Source of the DNA: Candidatus Omnitrophota bacterium
GTDB lineage: Bacteria; Omnitrophota; Gorgyraeia; Duberdicusellales; 4484-171
DNA length: 64,000 bases
Assembly: GCA_021735655.1 (NCBI GenBank)
Contig: JAIPGM010000004.1
Span: 64,001 to 128,000 of the forward strand
Direction of reading: 5' to 3'
In this document: positions 9,061-19,108 of the stretch, piece after piece
How the letters are laid out: every line of letters begins with the position of its first letter
Position numbering within the stretch: position 1 is the first letter of the stretch
Notes under the pieces: generated by a model
Told to the model about the DNA's origin: nothing
Databases searched by the model: none
Seen by the model: only the letters and a program-made list of their open reading frames with translations
Program-made: the position numbers and the translations under genes

Positions 9061-10380
9061 TTAATTATCTTGCTTATTTTTCTTAAGCTTGGTGAATTTA
9101 ATCAACTCTTTGGCAGTTGTCCCGTCCAATGGGCTTGCTGCCACCGAAAAAGAAAGCTTAACTTTTCCCTGAGTTATTACCTTAAGAGCGGCTTCTGCCT
9201 TCTTCGCTGCCTCTTGAGAATGACGCTTATTGCTTTCTATAATAATGGCACCTAAGGTTTGGGGGCCTATTCTTCCGGCGATATCAATCGGACGCAAACT
9301 TCTCTTAAAGCCATGGGCGATTTTTTTAAGTATCTTCTCAGATTCAATCAAACCAAATTCTTTCTGATATTTATCAGGATCTAACAAACTAACCGAGATA
9401 AAGCCACAGGGACGCTGATAAATGCTTGAGCGCCTTATTTCTTCATCAAGCCTTCTAATAATTACCTTTTCATTATATAGATCAGTCAAATCGTCAAGCA
9501 CCTCTAAATCTTCAATCTTTGAAGAAAGACGTCGATGCTCCCAAATAAGAGTTACATTTTGAGAAAATAGGTTCAAAACATCTATTTCGTCTTTGCTAAA
9601 ATTATACTCATCCTGATTATTGCCGACTCCGACGATACCAACAACTATGCCTTTAGCAACAACCGGGACTAAAGCCATATTCACAAGCCCCAATTCTTTA
9701 GCCCACCCCAGATAAGGCTTAGGTTTATTGCTAGAATCAACAACTGACAGCTTCATCCTCTGAGGTAAATCACTATTACGATTTTCAATAAAAGAATCGA
9801 TAATCGGTATTTCTACTCCTAAAAAGGAAATTGGTTTTAGCTTACTTTGAGCATCATCTTTTAAGCTACAAAAACAAACATTAGTTTCCAAAATCTTCTT
9901 TAAATGCTCACTTAAAAACTTAATAATCTCTTCAGCCGGAGCATCCTTAGAAAATAAATCATTGGCCTGTAGAATAGCTGAGAGGACAAGAACTTTCTTA
10001 GTGACCTCTCGGTTGAGTTCTTCGGTTTTTTGAGTAAAGTCTTTTAATTCTTCAAACCCGCTTTTAACTTTATCCGAAAGTACGTTAATAACTGTCTCTA
10101 GGCTCTGGACTTCATCTGAAATTTCTGGAGCCTGTTCGCCAATATCTTCTAAAGCAGTCTTTGATTGTGTATATAGTCTAATAATTGATGAAAAAACCTC
10201 AAAAACAACTCGCCATCCCAAAATTACAACTAATAATAATGTCGTAGCTGCAAAAAAAGATATCTGGTATCCGAATAAATAGTAAAGAAGCACAATCAAC
10301 GGAATGAGAGAAACCAAAGCAATCGAAATCCAAATCCTTCTGGCTAGACTTAAATTAGTTATTCTATTTTTTGTTTTCAC
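9061..10380 (-). CDS. membrane protein with GAF-like domain and degenerate GGDEF domain retaining an RxxD I-site (PelD-like c-di-GMP receptor candidate)
   Basis: Two N-terminal TM helices and a coiled-coil. C-terminal domain reads DDLTDLYNEK...VSLLDPDKYQKEFG...SLRPIDIAGRIGPQTLGAII, i.e. the GGDEF fold with GGDEF replaced by GPQTL but RPID kept 5 residues upstream. Confidence 0.5.
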   Translation of the reverse strand: MKTKNRITNLSLARRIWISIALVSLIPLIVLLYYLFGYQISFFAATTLLLVVILGWRVVFEVFSSIIRLYTQSKTALEDIGEQAPEISDEVQSLETVINVLSDKVKSGFEELKDFTQKTEELNREVTKKVLVLSAILQANDLFSKDAPAEEIIKFLSEHLKKILETNVCFCSLKDDAQSKLKPISFLGVEIPIIDSFIENRNSDLPQRMKLSVVDSSNKPKPYLGWAKELGLVNMALVPVVAKGIVVGIVGVGNNQDEYNFSKDEIDVLNLFSQNVTLIWEHRRLSSKIEDLEVLDDLTDLYNEKVIIRRLDEEIRRSSIYQRPCGFISVSLLDPDKYQKEFGLIESEKILKKIAHGFKRSLRPIDIAGRIGPQTLGAIIIESNKRHSQEAAKKAEAALKVITQGKVKLSFSVAASPLDGTTAKELIKFTKLKKNKQDN

Positions 10381-10662
10381 TCTGCCCCCTCTTATAATAA
10401 TATAGTATTTATACGCTTACTACAAAATACTAACACCTTTCATTGCTAGTGTCAACTCGACTGAACCGAAAACATATTATATTTACTGTAATTTTAGACA
10501 AAACCGCTAGTTTAATTCAACTAAAGTAAGCCCCCTTTGGCTTCATGATCTTACCTCAGTTAAGAGGATAAATATTCTGAGCATCCCTCCAAGAAATAAA
10601 CTGAGCATCGGCATCTAAGCCCAAGGGCTCTATTGCCAATATGTCATCTTTACTGTATTTAT

Positions 10663-11532
10663 CTATTCAATATCTTGCCAAGACACTGTCTCCGAAGATG
10701 AGAACCCCAAATTAGCTAAAGCTGCACTTATCAGGTCAGGGTCATAAGCTAAATCGACACTGCCCTTAATGGTAGTATCTATACCGGCGCCGCTTTCAGC
10801 AAGAACTGACCCGCTGATAGCAACATTACCGGTAATTGAAAGTTCCCCGATAACATAAATTATACCTTCAAAATTTTCAGTTCCCGACATGTGAACGTCC
10901 CCTTCTATGACTAAAATCCCGCTGCCCTGTAAATTTCCTGCCGTTGTCAAAGTTACCCCCGGAGAAACCTCAACCCAGGTTATGCCGTCAACCGGCTCAC
11001 CAAAAGTGCTTTCATCGTAAAGGTGCGTGGCCATATTCTTTACTGATTCTTTACTATTTGCAAACAAATCCGAAAAATTTAAAACCGCTTGTTCATTGAA
11101 CGAATCCTCAGGAGTAATGGTATATGCCTGGCCTTTAATTACTAAATCACCTGTTGTCTCAATCGCGTATTGGAACTTGGAGGAATCAGGAGGATCTACT
11201 CTTACAATTGCGCGTAAAGACTTTTCGATTGTTGCCCCGGAAGATAAAGTAACTGTGCCGGTTGAGTCGATCTGATAATACCAATTACCTAACGCTTCTG
11301 TGGTTGCCGCATAACAATAGTTACTTTTCATACATCCAGATGTATTGTCGGGTAGATTACCCTTGCTCATTGCAATACCAGCCTCGGCCAGCCAAAAAGC
11401 TTCGACAGCCCCTACATATCTTGTGGTAAGCTTGTTCTCATTTATAGTTTTTAAAAAAAGTGCTGTCGATAGCATAATCATAATCAACATCATTAAAAGA
11501 CTAAGGATTAAAACACCGCCTCTTTTATTCAT
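10663..11532 (-). CDS. PilX-N-terminal-domain pilus assembly / minor pilin-like protein
   Basis: N-terminus MNKRGGVLILSLLMMLIMIMLSTALFL is the PilX_N pattern; repetitive beta-rich C-terminal region. Confidence 0.5.
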   Translation of the reverse strand: MNKRGGVLILSLLMMLIMIMLSTALFLKTINENKLTTRYVGAVEAFWLAEAGIAMSKGNLPDNTSGCMKSNYCYAATTEALGNWYYQIDSTGTVTLSSGATIEKSLRAIVRVDPPDSSKFQYAIETTGDLVIKGQAYTITPEDSFNEQAVLNFSDLFANSKESVKNMATHLYDESTFGEPVDGITWVEVSPGVTLTTAGNLQGSGILVIEGDVHMSGTENFEGIIYVIGELSITGNVAISGSVLAESGAGIDTTIKGSVDLAYDPDLISAALANLGFSSSETVSWQDIE

Positions 11533-12154
11533 TTCTTATTTTCACATCCAGTTCTAAGGTAATTGGAAGAAGGTCCCTCTCCCGAACCTGACTTTGGCCG
11601 GTGATCGCGACAACCATCCTCTTACTATTATTAAGATTATCTTTAAAATTATCCGTCGTTCTCGCGCCGCCAGTATCGATAGTATAAAAAGGCGGCTCTG
11701 TTATGCCTATAAACTCCCTGCTTTCTGTTGTATTGTTGCCGCTATCAATAACACTGCGCGTAATCTTACTTAAAGTATTATCGTAATCATACTCAATATA
11801 GTCCAGACTTAATATATAATTACCGGTAGTTGTATTTATCCCGTCAACCGTCCGAAATTTAATATACGAAGCAGAAGGGTTATTGTTGGCTATGTCCCAG
11901 CAAGGAGCCTGGCGGATATCTCTAACTATTAAATTCCCTATCGACCTTATCTTAGCCTGAAAATCTATTTTGGCAGTCATTACCGGAAAAACTGATTCTC
12001 CTGCTTGAAGAACTCTAACCACTGCAGTAGCAATAAGTGACAGCACCAGAGAAGCAATCAATATCTCCGTAAGGGTAAATGCTTTCTGCTTAGCGATGAA
12101 TGCATGTTGAGAGCTCAAAATATCTTGTTTTCTGCCTTTCAGACCAGCTAACAT
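11525..12154 (-). CDS. prepilin-type N-terminal cleavage/methylation domain protein (pseudopilin/minor pilin)
   Basis: KAFTLTEILIASLVLSLIATAVV motif. The listed start overlaps the upstream gene by 65 nt, so the true start is probably internal or an alternative codon. Confidence 0.6.
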   Translation of the reverse strand: MLAGLKGRKQDILSSQHAFIAKQKAFTLTEILIASLVLSLIATAVVRVLQAGESVFPVMTAKIDFQAKIRSIGNLIVRDIRQAPCWDIANNNPSASYIKFRTVDGINTTTGNYILSLDYIEYDYDNTLSKITRSVIDSGNNTTESREFIGITEPPFYTIDTGGARTTDNFKDNLNNSKRMVVAITGQSQVRERDLLPITLELDVKIRNE

Positions 12155-12497
12155 TTGCTATTACCTCCGTAAGCGACGTTTCTGTACCTGCCGCCTGAAC
12201 AGTAACATTCTCATCTATCAAATTATCAAACACCGGCGGAGAATAAACATCTATATCCCCATAAGATAAGGTCTTGATCTCCTCTAATACACATTGAGCA
12301 TCGTTAGCCGCAGCTACTAAGTTATTGCTTGATTCATTGAGAAAAGCGCAAGAAACAAAAGCCATAATCAACCCACTAGCAACTATCATTATAATAGCCG
12401 CAGCTATCATCACTTCCAATAGAGTAAACCCAGCCCGCTTAGAAAAACTCTTACGCATAGCTTTATTTATTTGGCCTTTTTCCTTAAAATTCCTCAT
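12090..12497 (-). CDS. prepilin-type N-terminal cleavage/methylation domain protein (GspG/PilV-like pseudopilin)
   Basis: KRAGFTLLEVMIAAAIIMIVASGL motif; 135 aa. Confidence 0.65.
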   Translation of the reverse strand: MRNFKEKGQINKAMRKSFSKRAGFTLLEVMIAAAIIMIVASGLIMAFVSCAFLNESSNNLVAAANDAQCVLEEIKTLSYGDIDVYSPPVFDNLIDENVTVQAAGTETSLTEVIANVSWSERQKTRYFELSTCIHR

Positions 12498-12597
12498 AAC
12501 CCAATATTTAACCTACCCTCTCAATTCAATTTTACCATTTAAGGGGAGACCTTTCAACTAGACTAAAAAAGTAAACTCAGTTAAGGATTTTTAGTCC

Positions 12598-13113
12598 TTA
12601 GTAATCCTTAACAATGCCGATAATTTCATCAACAAAGGTTTCCTCGGCACTTAAGAGATTAAGGTGATGTTTAAGAAGGAGGCGTTGGTGAACTGGAAAT
12701 TCTTCTTCAATCGCAATGTTCTCAGACAACCATTGCTTTACTTTCTCTAAGAATCGTTTCCTCAAACGCAAGCGGGCCATTACTTCTTTTGTATCTAAAA
12801 AAGGAAGGAAATATAAAGGAATGTCGATATCGATAAACGGCCGCTTCTCGCTCAATAAAGCTTCTAGGGCCAGCCTTAAAAATTCTTTATTACCATGAGG
12901 AGTAATAGAGTATACGTATCTAGGCAGTCTTCCTTTATCTTTAGCAGTAGTCTTTTTGATGAGCCCTTCTCGGGCCATAATCTTTAAAGGATAGTAGATT
13001 GATTTATTTTCAAGAGAGGTAAAAACAGCGAGGTCTTTCTTTATAATCTTTTTTATCTCGTAACCGTGTCGTGGGCTATTTTTTAAAATACCTAATATTA
13101 TTAGGCGTTGCAT
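12598..13113 (-). CDS. PadR family transcriptional regulator
   Basis: N-terminal wHTH MQRLIILGILKNSPRHGYEIKKIIKK...IYYPLKIMAREGLI is typical of PadR. Confidence 0.8.
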   Translation of the reverse strand: MQRLIILGILKNSPRHGYEIKKIIKKDLAVFTSLENKSIYYPLKIMAREGLIKKTTAKDKGRLPRYVYSITPHGNKEFLRLALEALLSEKRPFIDIDIPLYFLPFLDTKEVMARLRLRKRFLEKVKQWLSENIAIEEEFPVHQRLLLKHHLNLLSAEETFVDEIIGIVKDY

Positions 13114-13116
13114 CCG

Positions 13117-14070
13117 TTACTCGTTAAAAACTCCCATCTTTCTGTAACGCTGTTGTCTAGAGCTTAGCAATTGCGGTACAGAGAGCTGAGTAAGTTCGTC
13201 TAAATTTTTATTAACTGCTTTTTTTAAATTACCGGCTGATGCTTCATACTCCCAATGAGCGCCACCCTCAACTTCAGGAATCACCCCATCAATGAGCCCC
13301 AAAGAAAGAAGCTCCGGAGCAGTAAGCTTTAAAACATCAGCTGCTTTTTCACGTTTAGATGCATCTTTCCAAAGAATTGCTGCGCAACCTTCAGGTGAAA
13401 TAACCGAATAATAAGAATACTCCATAACCAAAACCCTGTCTCCAACACCGATACCTAAAGCCCCGCCGCTTCCACCTTCGCCGATGACTACGACTAAAAT
13501 CGGCACTTTGAGCAAAAACATATCTCTAATATTTTCAGCAATTGCCTGAGCCTGGCCCCTCTCTTCGGCCCCTACTCCCGGGTAAGCTCCCGGAGTATCA
13601 ACTAAACAAAGAATTGGCATTGAAAAACGCTCAGCCAATTTCATCACCCGCATAGCTTTGCGATATCCTTCCGGATGAGCACAGCCAAAATTACGCTCAA
13701 TGTTTTCCTTGGTATCTTTACCCTTTTGATGCCCGATGATAGCAATTTTTCTATCATCCAGCTTAGCAAGACCTGAGATTAAAGCTAGATCATCACCATA
13801 AAGACGATCGCCACAAAGAGAAACAAAATCTTTAAAAATTAAATTTATATAATCAAGGGTGGTTGGCCGATTAGGATGACGGGCGATTTGAACTTTTTGC
13901 CAAGCCGATAGGCCAGAATAAACTTCTTTCTTCAAAGTTTGCAGCTTCTCTTCCAAATCGGAAATCTCAGAGTTAAGATCAACCGCCTTATCCTTGGAGA
14001 ACTTTCGTAACTCCTCAATTTTATTCTCTAGCTCAATAATTGGTTTTTCAAAATCCCAAGTCTGCATCAT
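13117..14070 (-). CDS. accA: acetyl-CoA carboxylase carboxyltransferase subunit alpha
   Basis: MMQTWDFEKPIIELENKIEELRK... and the conserved CT-alpha core (GGSGGALGIGVGD, oxyanion region); 317 aa. Confidence 0.9.
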   Translation of the reverse strand: MMQTWDFEKPIIELENKIEELRKFSKDKAVDLNSEISDLEEKLQTLKKEVYSGLSAWQKVQIARHPNRPTTLDYINLIFKDFVSLCGDRLYGDDLALISGLAKLDDRKIAIIGHQKGKDTKENIERNFGCAHPEGYRKAMRVMKLAERFSMPILCLVDTPGAYPGVGAEERGQAQAIAENIRDMFLLKVPILVVVIGEGGSGGALGIGVGDRVLVMEYSYYSVISPEGCAAILWKDASKREKAADVLKLTAPELLSLGLIDGVIPEVEGGAHWEYEASAGNLKKAVNKNLDELTQLSVPQLLSSRQQRYRKMGVFNE

Positions 14071-14075
14071 AATAT

Positions 14076-14906
14076 CTAATCAATGATTAACACTTCGGTT
14101 CCTATCGGAACAATATCAAAAAGTTCCTCAACCTCTTGATTCCTCATCCGTATGCAGCCCAAGGTAATCTGTTTACCTAATTCTTGAGGTTTGGTTGTTC
14201 CATGAATGCCGTACCCTTTTATATCTTCTCCGTTTGCATCTTTACCCTCTAAACCCATCCAACGAGAACCCAAAATATTTTCTGGATCTGCAGGATCAAC
14301 GATAGCCCCGGTCCTAAACCAAGTAGGATTTCTAAGCTTATTCCGATCGATAGTAAACTTACCTACCGGAGTTGAGTTATCCTTCCCCGTAGAAACAATA
14401 TAGGTTTTTACTACTTCACCTTTTCGTTTTAAAAAAAGTAAATTTTGCGACTTATCAACTACTATCGAAAATTCACAAGAAGCTACCTTTAACTTTTGCT
14501 TAGGACGAATCGTATCCGACGACAAATTATTAGAACGTTTAATTAGACTTACCGTGGTTTTAAATTTCTTGGAAATTTTTGTTAGAGTATCCTTGGGTTG
14601 AACAACATAGGTAGTGCTGCACTGATCAAGATCTTTTGAAAAAATAATTCTTATATTGATATCTTCAATCTTCTGGCGAATACTATTGATTAGGTTAGGA
14701 TCATCGACATTTTCTAAACTTTCCTGATACAACCTCTTGGCCTCTTTGAACGATCCAACCGAAAAAGCTGATTCAGCTTCCTTTAAAACTGCCGATTTAA
14801 AAATAGTTTTTTTAGGTATGGTTGATTTTTTTGAAGATAGGGCTATAAGCGTAAAAATTATCACCATACTGATACTGACAATAATAACTATGTGAATTTT
14901 CTTCAT
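14076..14906 (-). CDS. L,D-transpeptidase with LysM domain
   Basis: LysM (YVVQPKDTLTKISKKF) plus YkuD catalytic motif GYGIHGTTKPQELGKQITLGCIRM; N-terminal TM/signal anchor. Confidence 0.8.
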   Translation of the reverse strand: MKKIHIVIIVSISMVIIFTLIALSSKKSTIPKKTIFKSAVLKEAESAFSVGSFKEAKRLYQESLENVDDPNLINSIRQKIEDINIRIIFSKDLDQCSTTYVVQPKDTLTKISKKFKTTVSLIKRSNNLSSDTIRPKQKLKVASCEFSIVVDKSQNLLFLKRKGEVVKTYIVSTGKDNSTPVGKFTIDRNKLRNPTWFRTGAIVDPADPENILGSRWMGLEGKDANGEDIKGYGIHGTTKPQELGKQITLGCIRMRNQEVEELFDIVPIGTEVLIID

Positions 14907-14928
14907 TAAGCCTTTCCTTTTATTTTAA

Positions 14929-15378
14929 TTATCGGTAAAAGAAAAGAGTTACTACTATGCCGACTATGGCCCCGATAAAAACTTCTATCGGAGTATGACC
15001 AACAAGTTCTCGCAAACGAGATTCTCCAATCTTCTTTCCTTCCTGAAAATCCTCAACCATTCGATTAAGCACTTTTGCCTGGAAGCCTATCGAACGCCGC
15101 CAAGTTTGGGCATCAAACATATTAATCACCGCGAACAAAACACTCATCGCAAAAAGAATAGATCCGGTTCCAGCCTCTTTGGCCACGCAAACAACCAAAG
15201 AAACCACTGCGGCACTATGAGCTGATGGCATGCCGCCAGTACCCATAACCCAAAAAAAGTTAAACTTCTTATCTTTTATGAGCCCGGTAAAAATCTTTAA
15301 AACTTGGGCTACGAAAATTGTGGTTACAATAGCCCAAAAAGCCCTATTTCTATATATTCCTTCCCAAAACCCCTGCAT
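14929..15378 (-). CDS. divergent PAP2 / DUF212 (YuiD-like) membrane protein
   Basis: GGMPSAHSAAVVSL motif and 4 TM segments, typical of pfam02681. Confidence 0.6.
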   Translation of the reverse strand: MQGFWEGIYRNRAFWAIVTTIFVAQVLKIFTGLIKDKKFNFFWVMGTGGMPSAHSAAVVSLVVCVAKEAGTGSILFAMSVLFAVINMFDAQTWRRSIGFQAKVLNRMVEDFQEGKKIGESRLRELVGHTPIEVFIGAIVGIVVTLFFYR

Positions 15379-15588
15379 ATAGGCCTTATTATAAAAAGAA
15401 AAGGTGATTTAAGCAACAACTATTTAGTCCATCTTCAAATTGCAATATCTACCCATGGAAATCTCTTAAAAAATCTAATCTGCTCTGCTTCTAAAGCGCT
15501 CTCTGGGTTAGCCCGAGCTTTAGGGTTTCCTTTTGCTCCATTTATCAAAACATAAAAATCTGTATCAGCGGCTATCGCGGCTCTGGTT

Positions 15589-16491
15589 TTAAATTCCAAA
15601 ATAAATTACTAAAATGCAAACTATACACCAGAGGGCCAAATTAAGCTGCAACTTTAAGTCAGCAAAAAGTATTCGCGTAGGATCTCCGTGTTTAAAGCGT
15701 TGATGAATTATGTAAAGATAACGAAATATACCATAATATACAAACGGCAGGCTGTACATAAGATGATTACTTCCAAATGCATTAATAGTCCTTGTGTCTA
15801 CTGTATAAAGCATATAGATAACTACCATCGAAGACGTCAGCACCGCTATCATTTGATCTATAAAGTATACGCTATATTTAGACAAAACCTTCCGGTGTAA
15901 AACAGCCTTTTTTTGCAAAATTATCAGCTCCTGACGCCTTTTAATAAATCCCAAAAATAATGCCAGCAAAACCGTCATTAATATAATCCAATGTGACATT
16001 TCAATTCCGGTAGCCACGCTGCCGGCTATTATTCGCAAAAGGAAAAACCCACCAACACAAAAAACATCGACAATAACAAAGTTTTTAAGCACCTTTGTAT
16101 AAATTAAATTAAACAACAGATAAATAAGCATAACCAAACCCAAATATCTGTTCAAAACAAAAGCTAGGCCAATAGACAAAAAAGATAAAATAATTGCCGC
16201 TATCAACGCGTTGGCGATGCTTAGCTTACCGGAAGCAATTGGCCGAAATTTCTTTAAGGGATGAACCCGATCATTCCTTACGTCAATTAAATCATTAAAC
16301 AGATAAACCGCACCCGATGTCATTGAAAACAAAACCATAGCGATTACGGCATCAAGATTAGCAGGATAAGAAAAAAGCTTCTTTCCGAAAATTAAAGGCA
16401 AAAGTATAAAAGAATTCTTAATCCATTGCCTTGGTCTTATAGAATATAAAAAGTTTTTCATTAAACTAAAGTTTCCATTACAATTAACCAC
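15589..16491 (-). CDS. UbiA-family prenyltransferase, decaprenyl-phosphate phosphoribosyltransferase (DPPRS)-like
   Basis: NDLIDVRNDRVH (NDxxDxxxD) and RPIASGKLS motifs; 8-9 TM helices. Confidence 0.65.
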   Translation of the reverse strand: MVNCNGNFSLMKNFLYSIRPRQWIKNSFILLPLIFGKKLFSYPANLDAVIAMVLFSMTSGAVYLFNDLIDVRNDRVHPLKKFRPIASGKLSIANALIAAIILSFLSIGLAFVLNRYLGLVMLIYLLFNLIYTKVLKNFVIVDVFCVGGFFLLRIIAGSVATGIEMSHWIILMTVLLALFLGFIKRRQELIILQKKAVLHRKVLSKYSVYFIDQMIAVLTSSMVVIYMLYTVDTRTINAFGSNHLMYSLPFVYYGIFRYLYIIHQRFKHGDPTRILFADLKLQLNLALWCIVCILVIYFGI

Positions 16492-16544
16492 CTATCAGGT
16501 TGACGGAAAAGTACCTGTCCAAGCTATTAACTGTTTCTAAATTA

Positions 16545-17183
16545 TTATTCGGCTTCTTCGATGGAAAATAACTGAAAATGTTGTGGGCAAATAAAAGTAG
16601 TGTCAAAATCAGAAGTTCCTTTATAAAAAACGGCCTTATCTACAAAATTACTTAAATCCCCAACCTGTGAAATATCTAGCCTGGCACACCCTCTTAGCTT
16701 TCGACCATTAAATACTATCGTATTTCCTTTGCTCGCCTTCAGACAATAACAAGCTCCACAAGCCCTGCTGCCAGCCCGGTAGTTACATCTAGTTATAACG
16801 CCTTCACCCTTCTGAATAACTACTTCTGGCTGATCAGACTCTTCTTCTGAATCATCAATGTCTAGTTTGTTTTGAAAAGAACCCTTTTTTAACTCTCGGA
16901 GCTTACCAAAAAGCTCCTGAGTTGCCTTTTTATCTCTAAAGCAATCTTTCGGGCAACTTTCTGCCGTTTCGCAACAAGTAAATCCGCGAGAACCACAGCC
17001 TTTATCTTGACAAAATCCATCACCGCAACGATCAGTACATCTATCTAAAGGCTCATCATTAGCCTTCCCCTCTATGCCCGGCAGACCAGTTTCGATATCT
17101 ACAACTCTACCTTCAGAAAAAACATTCTGAAAGACAAAAAATGAAAATACCATAATTGAAATACTTATAGTTACTGGTTTCAT
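16545..17183 (-). CDS. secreted cysteine-rich hypothetical protein
   Basis: Signal peptide. Dense Cys cluster CTDRCGDGFCQDKGCGSRGFTCCETAESCPKDC. No family recognised. Confidence 0.4.
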   Translation of the reverse strand: MKPVTISISIMVFSFFVFQNVFSEGRVVDIETGLPGIEGKANDEPLDRCTDRCGDGFCQDKGCGSRGFTCCETAESCPKDCFRDKKATQELFGKLRELKKGSFQNKLDIDDSEEESDQPEVVIQKGEGVITRCNYRAGSRACGACYCLKASKGNTIVFNGRKLRGCARLDISQVGDLSNFVDKAVFYKGTSDFDTTFICPQHFQLFSIEEAE

Positions 17184-17193
17184 TTATTTGCCT

Positions 17194-17697
17194 CTACATC
17201 TTGGTAAAATTAACATCTTTGTCTTTCTTTTGTCTGTCAGTAATTTCTTTTTCCTCTTCCTCCTTGTCTACCACTCTCCTAAAAGACCCTTCTGAGGAAG
17301 ACCCTCCTCCAATTAGGATATTTTTTTCGGCATAGCCTTCAACAAGTTCAGCAAGCCGATCTCCTAATAATTTTCTTACACTCTTTAACTTCCGTTCATA
17401 GTAAACAATTAGCTTCTCCCCTTCCCCGGAAGCTTTCTCGTTAGCTTTCTTTATTTCTTCCTGGCTAGGTAAATCTTTATCTTCAGAAATAAAATTACTG
17501 ATTTCTTGCCAACGCTTAAGCAAGGAGCTGTCTTCTGAATTCTTTGCTTTCTCCACCTCTTCTTTTAGGTCTTTCTCTAGCTCTTTTGAAATCTCTAATG
17601 AAGTCTGGTTCTTTGTCTGATCTCCTCTTATCTCATCCAGTCGCAACTGGACTAAGCGGTACTCATCGACTAAACATTTTAAACGGTCTTTTCTCAT
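17194..17697 (-). CDS. hypothetical charged coiled-coil protein
   Basis: ORF with E/K-rich low-complexity regions; coding context only. Confidence 0.35.
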   Translation of the reverse strand: MRKDRLKCLVDEYRLVQLRLDEIRGDQTKNQTSLEISKELEKDLKEEVEKAKNSEDSSLLKRWQEISNFISEDKDLPSQEEIKKANEKASGEGEKLIVYYERKLKSVRKLLGDRLAELVEGYAEKNILIGGGSSSEGSFRRVVDKEEEEKEITDRQKKDKDVNFTKM

Positions 17698-17705
17698 AAT
17701 CCCTC

Positions 17706-18521
17706 CTAATTATTAATAAAATACTTATCGTACATATCTCGATAAAAATTAAAATAACTCTCTCTGCCAAACATCATATATCCATATTCTAAATCAGTTG
17801 GTGCTGTGGCATAACCGGCAAAAAGTGATTTTGAACTGGTCTTAAACCGATGCTTAATAGCCCAGGGCTGCCAAACCCGATAATAAAATTCCTTTGTCTT
17901 CTTAACTGCTTCAAATTCTACCTTGGCAATTTGCATAACAAACTCTTCTTTAGTAATTTTTCTATCTGCGGCTTTTTCAAAAATATCATTAAACTCATCT
18001 TTGTTGTTAATATTAATTAATTCAAATATAGCACAAGCCCACAGATCTTCAAAGGAAAGATCTCTGCCAATACTTTTCCGATTATGAGCCGTCTCTTTTG
18101 TATAAATTATATTTATACTAATAGATCCTCTGCGACCGGTTTGATTACGATTTACAGCTAACCAACCCTGAGGAGGATATTTGGGGTTCCAATCGACTAA
18201 CTCTCTAGAATCTTGACCAGCATATTTTCTAACTACCCACTGCCAAATAGAGTCTTCCTCGCTGACCGATCTTAGAAAATGGAACCTATTAACATACTTG
18301 GACATCCCCGGCCTGTCTTTAAGCATTTTTCGAATTTGTTGCTTCCCGTGGCGGATAGCCCGCTCCGATAAGTTTGTCCCTGAATATCGTGGGTCACTTC
18401 CGTATATTAGCCGATCCTCGAAAAGCACAAGATCAATCTTCAAATAAAGAAAAATTGCCCCTAAAACAAGAAAGCTGGCTATTATAAAAATTTTCCTCTG
18501 AGAAAAACCTTTAAAAACCAT
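17706..18521 (-). CDS. hypothetical membrane-anchored protein
   Basis: N-terminal TM helix; 271 aa; no recognisable motif. Confidence 0.4.
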   Translation of the reverse strand: MVFKGFSQRKIFIIASFLVLGAIFLYLKIDLVLFEDRLIYGSDPRYSGTNLSERAIRHGKQQIRKMLKDRPGMSKYVNRFHFLRSVSEEDSIWQWVVRKYAGQDSRELVDWNPKYPPQGWLAVNRNQTGRRGSISINIIYTKETAHNRKSIGRDLSFEDLWACAIFELININNKDEFNDIFEKAADRKITKEEFVMQIAKVEFEAVKKTKEFYYRVWQPWAIKHRFKTSSKSLFAGYATAPTDLEYGYMMFGRESYFNFYRDMYDKYFINN

Positions 18522-18605
18522 ATGCTCATTCTATCAAAACCTAACCAGTTTTCAATAAAGAAAACCTTGACAAAACCCGAGTTTTAGCCATAATCGAAGA
18601 TATTA

Positions 18606-18773
18606 TGGGAAGGCCAAAAAAAGAATTAAAAAAGCTCCACCGGAAAAAAATCAGAAAGGCTAAAGAAAAGGTACGGCTACACGCAAAAAAAGAGCTGCCC
18701 TTTGAAAAGCTAACTGAACGCGGTAAACATTTTCTAGAGAAGAAAAGAAAACAGGAAAGAAAAACTTCTTAGT
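18606..18773 (+). CDS. possible small Lys/Arg-rich protein (55 aa), not in ORF track
   Basis: ATG at 18606, MGRPKKELKKLHRKKIRKAKEK...; the only plus-strand coding candidate in a 250-bp gap. Weak RBS. Speculative. Confidence 0.2.
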
Positions 18774-19043
18774 TTATTCGAACTTGTAATGTTTTCGAAC
18801 GTCTCTCTGAATATGCCACTTGCAGCTTAAGCCTTTGGGGAAAGTTGCAAAATCGCCTTTCTTAATTTTAATCTTTTCACCACTCTCAACCTCTACTTCA
18901 ACTTCTCCTTCTAAAAAATAACAAGACTCTTTTTGGTCATAATACCAATCAAAGCTACTCGCTTCCTTTTCCCAAATCGGCCAACTCTTAACTCCTAAAA
19001 CTTCTAACTCTTGCTCTGTAGGTTTCTTAACTTCAATATTCAT
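18774..19043 (-). CDS. cupin-domain protein
   Basis: 89 aa with a small cupin barrel signature (GEVEVEVESGEKIKIKKGDFATFPKGLSCKWH). Confidence 0.55.
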   Translation of the reverse strand: MNIEVKKPTEQELEVLGVKSWPIWEKEASSFDWYYDQKESCYFLEGEVEVEVESGEKIKIKKGDFATFPKGLSCKWHIQRDVRKHYKFE

Positions 19044-19108
19044 CCGATCTTTTACCTCCTCTTCTTTTTCATTTATTTAAACTATTCTTTTGCTTTAGAG
19101 TAAGTGAA

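Noticed and set aside
13117-14070. accA without accD/accBC as a sign of a degraded operon
   Set aside because: Stand-alone accA is the normal arrangement in most bacteria. The ORF is intact with all carboxyltransferase motifs.
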